Assembly: GCA_963667035.1 (NCBI GenBank)
Contig: OY762964.1
Location: 2,272,001 to 2,336,000, forward strand
Source: Candidatus Cloacimonadales bacterium
GTDB lineage: Bacteria; Cloacimonadota; Cloacimonadia; Cloacimonadales; JAFGVF01
Direction: 5' to 3'
Length of the DNA stretch: 64,000 nucleotides
Numbering within the stretch: the stretch's first letter is position 1; each line of letters begins with the position of its first letter. Below the pieces are notes generated by a model, which saw nothing but the letters and a program-made list of their open reading frames with translations, had not been told where the DNA came from and did no database searches. Positions 42,286 through 53,569 of this stretch are shown in pieces. The position numbers were made by a program, and so were the translations under genes.

Positions 42286-45200
42286 ATGAAGTATTGGAAC
42301 AATCAAAAATTAGTTATGGAAACTGCTATATCAAGAGTTTATTCTGTAACAGACAGTGATAAGAATAAGTATATTCTCAAAATCATCAAATCGGAATATA
42401 TGAGTAAGTTTAAAACTATTGAAAAGACTCTTAAGCCCTTTATATCTCTAAAAGATGATTCAATATGCAAAGTTATATCAGTTGAAAGAGTAAATGATGA
42501 GTTGCATATTGTTTTGGAGTATATTGAAGGGAAACCACTTTCAGAAGTAGAGCTAAACAAAGGTAATATCATACCTCTTTTTCTTAAAATTGCTAATGCT
42601 GTTAAAATCCTGCATAGAAACAATCTATTGCATCTTGATTTGAAACCCGAAAACATAATGGTTACAAAATCAGGAGTTAAGCTGATTGATTTTGATATGG
42701 CCTCTTCACTATCAGATAATGAACTTATTGAATCAGAATTTAATGGAAGTGTAATATATACATCTCCCGAGCAGTGTGATAATACCATGTCTGTCGATAG
42801 AAAAAGTGACATTTACTCATTGGGTCTCATCCTACTTGGTATGTTAAGCGGTAAACTTGCATACTCAGACTCGAGTATAACTGAAATTATTAGTTATCAT
42901 TTATCCGGTATAATCGATCATGTGAAACCAAATCTAGATGCAATCGACAGTGATTATCGGGAGATTATTTTAAAAGCAATAACCCTTGATCCAACGCAAA
43001 GATATCTGAAAATTGAAGACATCATTACTGCAATAGAGAGTGTTCTGTCCCATGAAACCGAGACTACTGAAGAAGAAGATTATGATGATGAAGTCATTCA
43101 AAGATACATTGATATGCACAAGAATGGCGACACATTAGAAGCCCTGAATGAGCTGGATGAACTACTAAACGAAACTGACAACCCTTTTGAAGTTCTAAAC
43201 ACAATTATTACCATTAGAGAGGAACAACCTGATAATAGGCTTCTTCAATACTACTCCCGACTTGGGAACTTATATCTTCGAACAACAATAATAGATTATG
43301 CTCTAAAGCCTTTCACAAAAGCGACTATGCTAGCTGAAAAACTGGATAATCCGGAATACATTCTTACTGCAAATGATGATTTAGCTTGGTTCTTCCTTAG
43401 AGTTAACGAGATAGAGAAATCTCGTACCATAAGCTTATCCATGATTGATTTTGCCGAGAAACAAAGCCTACCCAAGTATAAAATAAAAGCCGTAGGGATG
43501 CTTGCAAACTCATATCTGGAAGCAAGAGAGTATGATAAAGGAAAAGAAATCCTCTCAAATCAGGTTAAACTCTACCTTGAAATTGGAAACAAATTCGGTT
43601 TAGCCAGTACATATTCGAATATCGGGCTCTGTGAGAGAAACACAGGGCATTTAAAATCTGCAGAAAATTATTATTTAAAAGCTCTTCAGATAGGCGAAGA
43701 ACTTGAATCTGAAAGAATAACAGCTATTTGTTACTCTTCCTTAGGTACAACTTACAACTTAATGGGAAACTATGACAAATCAATAGAGTTCCACAAGAAG
43801 AGAATTGAGATGGAACTTGCTCAAAACAACCTTAGGGGACTATCTTTCGGCTACTCAAGCATTGCAAATTCATACAATGCCAAAGGCGATTACGAACAGG
43901 CGTTAAAATACTACAAATTGCAATTCCAGGTAGATAGTAAGCAGAACAACATAATACAGTTAATAGCTTGCTATTATAATCAAGCTACTGTTTACTATAA
44001 GTTAAACCAGTTTTCTATAGCAGAATCATTTTTAAACAAAGCGATTGAAGAATCTGAGGAGAATGAACTATGGGATAAAAGACTCTTCTACCTTACATTA
44101 CGTGCTTCGATCTATGAGAATCAAGGTCGTTATGATGAAGCTTTGAAACTCTCTAAAGAATTATTAAAGGAAGCTGATAAATACAATCTACAAGACGTAA
44201 CCTTTGAGGCTAGTCTTACTCATGCTCGTACAGCTTTCAATATGAAAGATAACTTTGAACTAAGACAGAATGCTCTGTTAATTCTAATGAATGAGCTCAC
44301 GAGAACTGAACACGATTCCTATAAAATGGAATATTGCAGGTGTATCTATCAACTAACAGGTAGTGAGTTTCATAGACAAATGGCAGTTCAATTGCTTAAA
44401 CAATTTAATAACGATACTCCTAGTCTTATATGGGAGAATGGCATCAGAGAGTTGGAAAATAGCTCAAATACAAAGCAGATTGATACCGAGTTACTAATAC
44501 ACTCCATGGTAAAACTTATGTCACCTGAAACAGCTAATGATGAGTTACTTAGCTATCTTACTATGAGTACGGAAGCTGATAATTGCCGTATCGTTACTTA
44601 CAACCGAGAAGAGGATATCATAGAGAACAGCATTATTAGTAAGAATCTGGAGAGTGAAGATCTTGATTTCTCAACCGGCATCATCAAAGAAGCTGTTGAG
44701 AGCATGAAACCCATTCTTATTAGCAACGCTGTTAATACAGATAAATTTAAAACAAATGAAAGTATTCTAGGTAAATCGTTTCTCTCGGTGATAACTATTC
44801 CTCTCTTGCTCTCCAACTCAATTGTCGGAGCTCTTTATCTCGATAGAAGGAATATTGCTAAAGGGGTATTTACTGTTGCTGATGAAAGTAAAGCTCAGAG
44901 AATCGGAGCAATACTGCTTCCTATCTTAAGAGGATTCCTTTCCAAGCAATCGCAAACATCTGAAGAGCTTATCAGAAGAAAAACAGGTTTTGTTGGTAAC
45001 TCCGAGCTAATGTATGCTCTATACAAGAAGATTGCTACTTCAGCCCAAGCAGAAGCCCCAATTCTTATTACAGGTGAATCGGGTACAGGAAAAGAGATAA
45101 CTGCCAGAGCAATCCATAACCTCAGCAGAAGAAACAAAGGACCTTTTGTTACGATTAACTGTGCGACAATTCCTGAGCACTTAGCTGAAAGCGAGCTATT

Positions 45201-45945
45201 CGGATATGTAAAAGGAGCATTTACCGGAGCAATCACTAATCGTAAAGGCGTATTTGAAACAGCTAAAGGTGGTTCATTATTTCTTGATGAAGTCGGAGAA
45301 TTACCTTCAATGCTGCAAGCAAAACTACTCAGAGCTATAGAGAATAATGAGATAACTCCCCTTGGTAGCGAAAAAAATCTCAAAACAGATGTTCGCATTA
45401 TCTCTGCAACAAATAGGGATTTACAGAGTGAAGTTTCCGATAATAAATTCAGAAATGACCTCTATTTCAGATTGAATGTTTTTGATGTAAAAGTCCCTGC
45501 TCTTAGAAAGCATAAAGAGGATATCTCACTAATTGCAGAATCATTCTTACAATACTTCTGCAACAAATATGGAAAGAAAAGTAAAGGCTTCTCTCACGGA
45601 GCTATGGAATATCTGATTAATCAGGATTACAGGAACAACAATGTACGAGAATTACGCAATCTCATTGAAAAAGGGGTTGTAAATAGTTCATCTGAATTCC
45701 CTATCACAGTATCGAATCTTCTTGGAGAGGAGACTAATAAAGAACTCTTGAAACTCAAATCGGAGGCACTAGAGCTATCCGGTATTGATAGTCTGGATGA
45801 TGCAGTAGCTAAATTCGAAGTGAAGATTATCGAGCAAATACTGAATGAAACGGATTGGAATAAATCTAAAACTGCTAATAGGCTAAGGATTAGTCGTCCC
45901 CGTATAGATAGAGTAATTAAGAAACACGGGCTTAAGAAGAGATAA
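42286..45945 (+). CDS. Ser/Thr kinase-TPR-GAF-sigma54 enhancer-binding protein with Fis HTH
   Basis: HLDLKPENI, SPE; TPRs; GALYLD; GESGTGKE, GAFTGA, FLDEVGE, NVRELRN; WNKSKTA...ISR. Confidence 0.9.
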   Translation: MKYWNNQKLVMETAISRVYSVTDSDKNKYILKIIKSEYMSKFKTIEKTLKPFISLKDDSICKVISVERVNDELHIVLEYIEGKPLSEVELNKGNIIPLFLKIANAVKILHRNNLLHLDLKPENIMVTKSGVKLIDFDMASSLSDNELIESEFNGSVIYTSPEQCDNTMSVDRKSDIYSLGLILLGMLSGKLAYSDSSITEIISYHLSGIIDHVKPNLDAIDSDYREIILKAITLDPTQRYLKIEDIITAIESVLSHETETTEEEDYDDEVIQRYIDMHKNGDTLEALNELDELLNETDNPFEVLNTIITIREEQPDNRLLQYYSRLGNLYLRTTIIDYALKPFTKATMLAEKLDNPEYILTANDDLAWFFLRVNEIEKSRTISLSMIDFAEKQSLPKYKIKAVGMLANSYLEAREYDKGKEILSNQVKLYLEIGNKFGLASTYSNIGLCERNTGHLKSAENYYLKALQIGEELESERITAICYSSLGTTYNLMGNYDKSIEFHKKRIEMELAQNNLRGLSFGYSSIANSYNAKGDYEQALKYYKLQFQVDSKQNNIIQLIACYYNQATVYYKLNQFSIAESFLNKAIEESEENELWDKRLFYLTLRASIYENQGRYDEALKLSKELLKEADKYNLQDVTFEASLTHARTAFNMKDNFELRQNALLILMNELTRTEHDSYKMEYCRCIYQLTGSEFHRQMAVQLLKQFNNDTPSLIWENGIRELENSSNTKQIDTELLIHSMVKLMSPETANDELLSYLTMSTEADNCRIVTYNREEDIIENSIISKNLESEDLDFSTGIIKEAVESMKPILISNAVNTDKFKTNESILGKSFLSVITIPLLLSNSIVGALYLDRRNIAKGVFTVADESKAQRIGAILLPILRGFLSKQSQTSEELIRRKTGFVGNSELMYALYKKIATSAQAEAPILITGESGTGKEITARAIHNLSRRNKGPFVTINCATIPEHLAESELFGYVKGAFTGAITNRKGVFETAKGGSLFLDEVGELPSMLQAKLLRAIENNEITPLGSEKNLKTDVRIISATNRDLQSEVSDNKFRNDLYFRLNVFDVKVPALRKHKEDISLIAESFLQYFCNKYGKKSKGFSHGAMEYLINQDYRNNNVRELRNLIEKGVVNSSSEFPITVSNLLGEETNKELLKLKSEALELSGIDSLDDAVAKFEVKIIEQILNETDWNKSKTANRLRISRPRIDRVIKKHGLKKR

Positions 45946-45948
45946 AAT

Positions 45949-46865
45949 CTATCCTCTAGGATGATATTGTCGATGCACCTCAATAAGGTGAGAAGTATCA
46001 ATGTTAGTATAAATTTGAGTAGTGTTCAAGCTTGCATGACCAAGTAACTCTTGTACTATTCTTAGATTTGCCCCCGCTTCAAGCAAATGTGTTGCAAAAC
46101 TATGCCTGAAAGTATGGGGTGAGATATGAATTCTTATCCCTGCTTTTTGAGCTGTTTCCTGCACTATCTTCCAGAACCCCATTCTGCTCATCTGCTTACT
46201 AAATCTATTGAGGAAAAGTAAATCCGTATCAGTGTATTTTTTAAAGAATGGTCTTGATTCAAGTCTGTACTTCTCTACATAATCAAATGCAATATCCGCC
46301 ATTGGTACTATTCTCTGCTTTCTTCCTTTTCCATGAATCAGTACTATCTTTTCCTGTCTATCAACGTTATGTATACTCAAAGAAAGTAATTCTGATACTC
46401 GCATACCCGTTGCATATAGTAGCTCCAACATAGCCCTGTTTCTAATCGATGTGTTGTCAATCGGCTCTATAGTATCTAAAAGTTGAAGCATCTGATCCAC
46501 ACTTAGTATCTCTGGCAACTTCTGACCATACTTTATAGAAGGAATCGCATCAAAATCTACTGCTACACCCTCTCCCTCATCCTTCATAAACAAGAAGAAA
46601 GATTTTAATGCACTTCTCTTTCTGGCTATTGATGTATTCATTAAGCCTATCTCCTGCAAACTAACGAGATAGTCTAAGACATCATCGGATGTGTAGTCGG
46701 TAAACCTTTTCTTTGAATCATCATAGAGAAGGAAATCCAGCAAATCTCTCTTATAACTCTCAATACTAAGAGGACTTAATCCTTTCTCGATTTTAAGATA
46801 GAACAGATAATTATTCAGACCCGCAGTTTTCTGCGGGTCTAAACTTTTATTTTCATTAACTGACA

Positions 46866-46866
<1 letters not shown>
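45949..46866 (-). CDS. xerD: Site-specific tyrosine recombinase XerD
   Basis: LLYATGMRVSEL, HTFRHSFATHLL, LLGH, TTQIYT, HPR; in a housekeeping operon. Confidence 0.9.
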
Positions 46867-48329
<1,463 letters not shown>

Positions 48330-48413
48330 CTATTTCTCCTTAGTACTTAATTACAAAAAAAGCCGTGACCGAACTAAGCCGATCAGGGCTTGAATATCTA
48401 GTGTTTGAGTAAT

Positions 48414-50468
48414 TTAATCCTCGACTTTTTCTTTTTCATCTACCTTTTCTTCTACTTCAGTAATCTTATCTTCATTAGCTAGGGTCTCAGACAACTCTTC
48501 TATTTCATCATCACTGAAAAGGTCAGGTTGTTCGGATTCAAGAGTTTGCTCTTTCTTCTCTTGGTCCAATCTATCGTCAAATCTCATTTCTTTGGCTTTC
48601 TGGAATTTCTTCTCAACAAATTCTCTCATTTCCGGTTTGCAATGTTCAAACAGAATATCGAATATTTCATCTGTATTTAAAGTTTCTTTTATGAGCAATC
48701 TATCGGAAAGAACATCCATCAGATGTGAGTTATCTGTCATTATCCGCAATGCTTCCTTATGAGCTCTCTCTATCAAACTTCTAATTTCGGAATCAATAGT
48801 TCTGGCTGTATCGTCACTATAAAAGTCTCTATGTCCGATTTCTTTACCAAGGAACACTTCTTCCTGTTCTTTTCCAATTCTTATCGGACCTATCTTTTCA
48901 CTCATACCCCAGTTTGTAACCATTTTCTTGGCAATATCTGTCGCACGGTCAATATCATTACCGGCACCGGTTGTTACTTCATTGAACTTAACTTCCTCTG
49001 CAGCTCTTCCACCAAGCATACTTACTATCATCTGGAATAGATAAGTTTTGGAGTAATTGGATTTATCATCTCCCATATAATGAGTTGCACCACCTGTGAA
49101 ACCTCTTGGGATAATTGTAACTTTATGCACTGGTTCGGTTTTTTCCTGGAATATTGAGCAAAGAACGTGACCTATTTCATGATAAGCAGTCACCATACGT
49201 TCATCTTCACTTATGACTCTACTCTTCTTTGCCTTACCGAGAGTTACTTTATCTTTTGCATCTTCAAAATCATCGGATTCAATTCCGACTTTATTCTTTC
49301 TTGCAGCAATAAGAGCTGCTTCATTAACCAGATTAGCAAGATCGGCTCCGCTGAAACCAGGGGTTCCTCGAGCAATCACTTTAAGGTTAACATCATCTGT
49401 TAAAGGCACTTTCTTAGAATGAACTTTAAGAATTTCATATCTTCCGTTTATATCAGGAAGATCAACCATTACTTGTCTATCGAAACGTCCCGGACGTAAG
49501 AGAGCAGGGTCCAGAATATCAGGTCTGTTTGTCGCTGCAATAATGATAACGGCTTCATTTTCTTCAAATCCGTCCATCTGTACAAGCAACTGATTCAAAG
49601 TCTGTTCTCTTTCATCATGCCCCCCGCCTAAACCTGAACCACGATGGCGTCCTACAGCATCAATCTCATCAATAAACGCTATACATGGAGCATTACGCTT
49701 AGCTTGTTCGAATAAGTCCCTCACACGAGCAGCACCCACACCAACAAACATTTCCACAAAGTCCGAGCCACTAATGGTAAAGAACGGGACTTTAGCCTCT
49801 CCCGCTACAGCTTTAGCCAATAATGTTTTACCTGTACCCGGTCTTCCTGCCAGTAAAACACCTCTTGGTATTCTACCTCCAAGTCTCTGGAACTTCTTCG
49901 GGTCTTTAAGGAAATCTACGATTTCTTCCAATTCCTCTTTAGCTTCCTCGACTCCGGCTACATCTTTAAAAGTAATTCTGGTTTTATCACCTTTATAAAG
50001 TCGTGCTCTGCTTTTACCAAAGCTGAACGCTTTGCTATTATTGTTGTTCATGCCTCTCATCATAAAGAGCCAGAATCCTATAAGCAGAATAATAGGTAAC
50101 AGATTCCAGATTAGTCCTCTCCAGATAGAAGGTTTGGTTGATTTGACCATAACACCGTTAGTTACCAGTGTTTCAGTCAATCCGGTTGTTTCTGGAGGTA
50201 AATAAGTATGATACTTATTCCCGGCAGTATCTTTTATTATCAGATCCTGCTCCATAAAGATAACTTCTTCAATCTGATGAGAGTTTACCTTCGTTAAGAA
50301 ATTAGTATAATCTATTTCAATGACTTTTCCCTTATTCATCCCGAACATCTGATAGAGAACTATTATCAGCAGGATTAGTACAATCCAAAACGTTACGTTC
50401 TTTGAACGCTTCTGATTAAACGGGTTAGGCACTTTCTTGTTTTGTTTTGGGTCCTGTTCATTATTCAT
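48414..50468 (-). CDS. ftsH: ATP-dependent zinc metalloprotease FtsH
   Basis: Two TMs, [19 protein letters not shown]. Confidence 0.98.
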   Translation of the reverse strand: MNNEQDPKQNKKVPNPFNQKRSKNVTFWIVLILLIIVLYQMFGMNKGKVIEIDYTNFLTKVNSHQIEEVIFMEQDLIIKDTAGNKYHTYLPPETTGLTETLVTNGVMVKSTKPSIWRGLIWNLLPIILLIGFWLFMMRGMNNNNSKAFSFGKSRARLYKGDKTRITFKDVAGVEEAKEELEEIVDFLKDPKKFQRLGGRIPRGVLLAGRPGTGKTLLAKAVAGEAKVPFFTISGSDFVEMFVGVGAARVRDLFEQAKRNAPCIAFIDEIDAVGRHRGSGLGGGHDEREQTLNQLLVQMDGFEENEAVIIIAATNRPDILDPALLRPGRFDRQVMVDLPDINGRYEILKVHSKKVPLTDDVNLKVIARGTPGFSGADLANLVNEAALIAARKNKVGIESDDFEDAKDKVTLGKAKKSRVISEDERMVTAYHEIGHVLCSIFQEKTEPVHKVTIIPRGFTGGATHYMGDDKSNYSKTYLFQMIVSMLGGRAAEEVKFNEVTTGAGNDIDRATDIAKKMVTNWGMSEKIGPIRIGKEQEEVFLGKEIGHRDFYSDDTARTIDSEIRSLIERAHKEALRIMTDNSHLMDVLSDRLLIKETLNTDEIFDILFEHCKPEMREFVEKKFQKAKEMRFDDRLDQEKKEQTLESEQPDLFSDDEIEELSETLANEDKITEVEEKVDEKEKVED

Positions 50469-51001
50469 CTATAAACTTCCTCTTTTAGGATACCGATATA
50501 GGGAAGGTTTCTGTATTTATTGGCAAAGTCAAGTCCGTAACCAACAACAAACTCATTTCCGACTTCAAAACCAACATAATCGAGATGAACATCAGTCTTG
50601 TGAGCTTTTGGCTTATCGAGTAAAACACAAACATTAACTGACTTAGGGTTGTGTTTTGAGAGATAAGAGCGGATATATTCCAGTGATAGACCTGAATCAA
50701 CAATATCTTCAACAATTATTACATCTTTGCCGGTTATATCGGCATCTATGTCTTTTTTAATTCTTACGACTCCGGAAGAAACGGTACTATCACCGTAGCT
50801 TGATATTGCCATAAAGTCTATGGAACAAGGTAAATCAACAGTTCTTATCAAGTCACTCATAAATAGCGATGCACCTTTGAGTACACAGATGAATATTGGT
50901 TCAGAGCCTTTAAAGTCATTAGTGATTTTATTACCCAGTTCTTTTATTTTATCAGCAAGTGTTTTTTCGGAGATAAGTATCTTCTCTATATCATTCTTCA
51001 T
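50465..51001 (-). CDS. hpt: Hypoxanthine phosphoribosyltransferase
   Basis: VLKG, IIVEDIVDSG, FVVGYGLD; tilS-hpt-ftsH synteny. Confidence 0.97.
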   Translation of the reverse strand: MKNDIEKILISEKTLADKIKELGNKITNDFKGSEPIFICVLKGASLFMSDLIRTVDLPCSIDFMAISSYGDSTVSSGVVRIKKDIDADITGKDVIIVEDIVDSGLSLEYIRSYLSKHNPKSVNVCVLLDKPKAHKTDVHLDYVGFEVGNEFVVGYGLDFANKYRNLPYIGILKEEVYR

Positions 51002-52428
51002 TATTCGTTCCCGTAGCGTGAGGCTGAGCGATGTTTAAGTCTACTCTTCCTATCCATTTTAATCATTAAAATTCCTTTGGATTCGTTGTTTAACCTAAAT
51101 TTATTATCTATCCGGTAACCACCAACCCAGATTATATTTTCTCCATCTGTAATTAAAGGTATCCTATCTCTGTCAAATTTGGGCACCTTTTCGTCAATGA
51201 AAAAATCTTTCAGTTTCTTTTCTCCAACCATACCGTAAGGAATAAAGGTGTCCCCGTCTTTTCTATAACGTACAACCAACGGGAAAGTAACACTTTCGTA
51301 ATCCAAATATGCTACTCTTTTATCAAGAAACGGCTGACCTTTTGGTAGCATTTTAAGCTTTTTCATGCTGAATATATAATCTCCAAAACTAAATCTGCTT
51401 CTTATGCTATCAATTACTTTCTCTGTTTCTTCCGGTTGGAAAATAGGGTCTTCATCAGTAAATATAAGCTTATCGTACTCTTTGACAACATAAACATCAT
51501 GAGGAAGCATAATATATTTACTGGATTCAGAATCCATAATACTGTATATCTCGCTATAGTTATTGAAATAGAAGTCTTTTTCCGTTTCACTATAATAGCT
51601 GTAAGCTAATCTGAATATGTAGAACAGAAGACTTTTATTTTCTTTCTTTAGGTCATGGATGGAGAATACGGTTTTCCCGTCATTAGTCAATTCGCGTAAA
51701 TGCCTGAATCTCTGCTTAGCCGATTCATTCATGAAATCATCTGTCTCGGCAAAGATATTCCCCAGGAGATTGAGTTGGTCAATAATGTTAGGGTTAATGT
51801 TCTCTTTAACCCAAGGAATAAACTCATTCCTTAGTTTATTGCGAGTGAACTCGTTTTCTTCGTTGGACTTGTCTTCTCGCCATTCTATTCCCTGCTCTGT
51901 TAAAAATTGTTTTATCTCATCTTTAGAAAATGGAAGTAACGGATGAATAACTTTCTCACTTTTAGGTTGAATCCCTTTCAGACCTGTATATCCGGCTCCT
52001 CTAAAAGCTTTCATCAATACAGTTTCCGCTTGGTCGTCTTTATGGTGTCCCAATGCGATTGCTTTAATACCATATTTAGGTGAAAGTGTACTGAAGAATT
52101 CCATTCTCACCTGTCTGGCTTTCTCTTCTAAGCCCGGTTGAGGTTCAAGCTTATAATCTTTTATTACAAGTGAGATATTACGGTCAAAGCAGAATGTCTT
52201 TACAAACTTCTCATCGAGTTGCGAATCCTTGCCCCTTAAATGATAATTAACATGGGCAACAAGCAAAAATAGTTGATACTTAATGCTAAGCTGGTAAAGA
52301 GCGTACAACAAAGCGATTGAATCAGCTCCTCCCGATACTCCGACAAGGAGTTTATCATTCTCTGAAAAGAGCTTTTCTTTTAATGCGTATTCCTCAAAAC
52401 GTGACAAAAAACTCTCACTGTAACTCAT
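51001..52428 (-). CDS. tilS: tRNA(Ile)-lysidine synthetase
   Basis: VSGGADS, GHHKDDQAET, RNKLRN, KKLKDFFID; start ATG 52428 or 52455. Confidence 0.96.
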   Translation of the reverse strand: MSYSESFLSRFEEYALKEKLFSENDKLLVGVSGGADSIALLYALYQLSIKYQLFLLVAHVNYHLRGKDSQLDEKFVKTFCFDRNISLVIKDYKLEPQPGLEEKARQVRMEFFSTLSPKYGIKAIALGHHKDDQAETVLMKAFRGAGYTGLKGIQPKSEKVIHPLLPFSKDEIKQFLTEQGIEWREDKSNEENEFTRNKLRNEFIPWVKENINPNIIDQLNLLGNIFAETDDFMNESAKQRFRHLRELTNDGKTVFSIHDLKKENKSLLFYIFRLAYSYYSETEKDFYFNNYSEIYSIMDSESSKYIMLPHDVYVVKEYDKLIFTDEDPIFQPEETEKVIDSIRSRFSFGDYIFSMKKLKMLPKGQPFLDKRVAYLDYESVTFPLVVRYRKDGDTFIPYGMVGEKKLKDFFIDEKVPKFDRDRIPLITDGENIIWVGGYRIDNKFRLNNESKGILMIKMDRKSRLKHRSASRYGNE

Positions 52429-52542
52429 GCTAAACCTTCCTATTTTCTTTGTCATGTTATATTATATCATAGCTCATTTTCTGTCAAAGGGTTATTTGTT
52501 ACTATTGCATACTATTCACTATCAACACATTCGGGGTTACAT

Positions 52543-52565
52543 ATAGGGACACAACAATTTGTGCC
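52543..52565 (+). repeat. Degenerate GTAG-type REP-like hairpin (second copy at 53010..53033)
   Basis: ATAGGGACACAACAATTTGTGCC vs ATAGGGGCACAATATCTTATGCCC. Confidence 0.45.
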
Positions 52566-52744
52566 TTTTTATATGACCAATTCTTGATAATAAACTGCTT
52601 TCAACTACCGGGTATACGGGTAACCTGTCCGCATAACTGGGTACGCACGCATCCTGCATGCATCTTGAAATGATTTTCTGAATGTAAATCGACCACCCTT
52701 ATTCTGTGGTGACGAAGTCGGCAGAATAAATCACTTTTTACACC

Positions 52745-52767
52745 GGGAACGCAGACATCCTGTCTGC
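52745..52767 (+). repeat. REP-like palindrome (family also at 52639..52661 and 55876..55929)
   Basis: GGGAAC-GCAGACA-TCC-TGTCTGC; near-identical copy at 55876. Confidence 0.75.
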
Positions 52768-52770
52768 AGA

Positions 52771-52833
52771 AATTCATAATTTCTAATTCCTAATTAGTAA
52801 TTTCTGCTTTAGCATTTAGAATTTAACATTTGT
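52771..52833 (+). repeat. Degenerate heptamer tandem array (~9 units)
   Basis: AATTCAT AATTTCT AATTCCT AATTAGT AATTTCT GCTTTAG CATTTAG AATTTAA CATTTGT. Confidence 0.7.
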
Positions 52834-53025
52834 AGTTCCTACATATCCTTCCTTACGATTTCCCCATTTTAGTTACGCTTTTTTGTTTTTTCTGAAAAAA
52901 GGTCGATAAACAGCGACCTTTATAGTAGTTAACATATTATATATTTGCATGTTACATGATTAAAAAACTATTATCCAAAATTTTATGAGTTTATCTTTTT
53001 TTATTCTGTATAGGGGCACAATATC

Positions 53026-53255
53026 TTATGCCCAAGAAGAGTAAGAGTTTGGTATAAAACTCCGAATGGAATATACCATTTTCGTGACGTCACGAAAATG
53101 GTTATCAATTTTTGCATCGGCAACTTGACATGAAGTCTTAGCTTTCCCGATTATATTGGTGAAGTTTTCCCAACGATCATATCCCAAAATCTGCAGCAGG
53201 TCTCTAGCGTACCAATACTCAATTGAAGTGCCTTCTGATACTTGTTTTTGCAATA
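53026..53255 (-). pseudogene. dinD: N-terminal fragment of DinD-like (Bro-N) protein
   Basis: IEYWYARDLLQILGYDRWENF...AKTSC...HFRDVTKMV, then similarity stops. Confidence 0.75.
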
Positions 53256-53311
53256 ATCTTTTGAACAAGATTATTAACATTAAATAGTTCGCTCCTTTTT
53301 CTAAAATCATT

Positions 53312-53560
53312 TCAGAAAATAACCTTATACTGGAAAATTAGTTTGCATTCACAGTTAGAATTATTAAGCTCTGGAAGTACCTTAAAGAAGAGAAACATGA
53401 AAGAGTACTATCTAAGAGCAGGAACATCTATTGGTGCAAATGCTGAGGAAGCCGTAGGAGCTCAAACACACAAAGAGAACCGTTAGACAAACTACTGGTA
53501 ACGATTATTGCATCAAACAGAATACATTAACAATAAACTAGAGAAATCGGGATTTACTTA
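53312..53560 (+). pseudogene. Four-helix-bundle (23S-IVP/TIGR02436-like) gene remnant
   Basis: NLILEN*FAFTVRIIKLWKYLKEEKHERVLS / frameshift / LRAGTSIGANAEEAVGAQT...TNYW*RLL; in-frame stops and a deletion. Confidence 0.8.
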
Positions 53561-53569
53561 ATTAATTCA

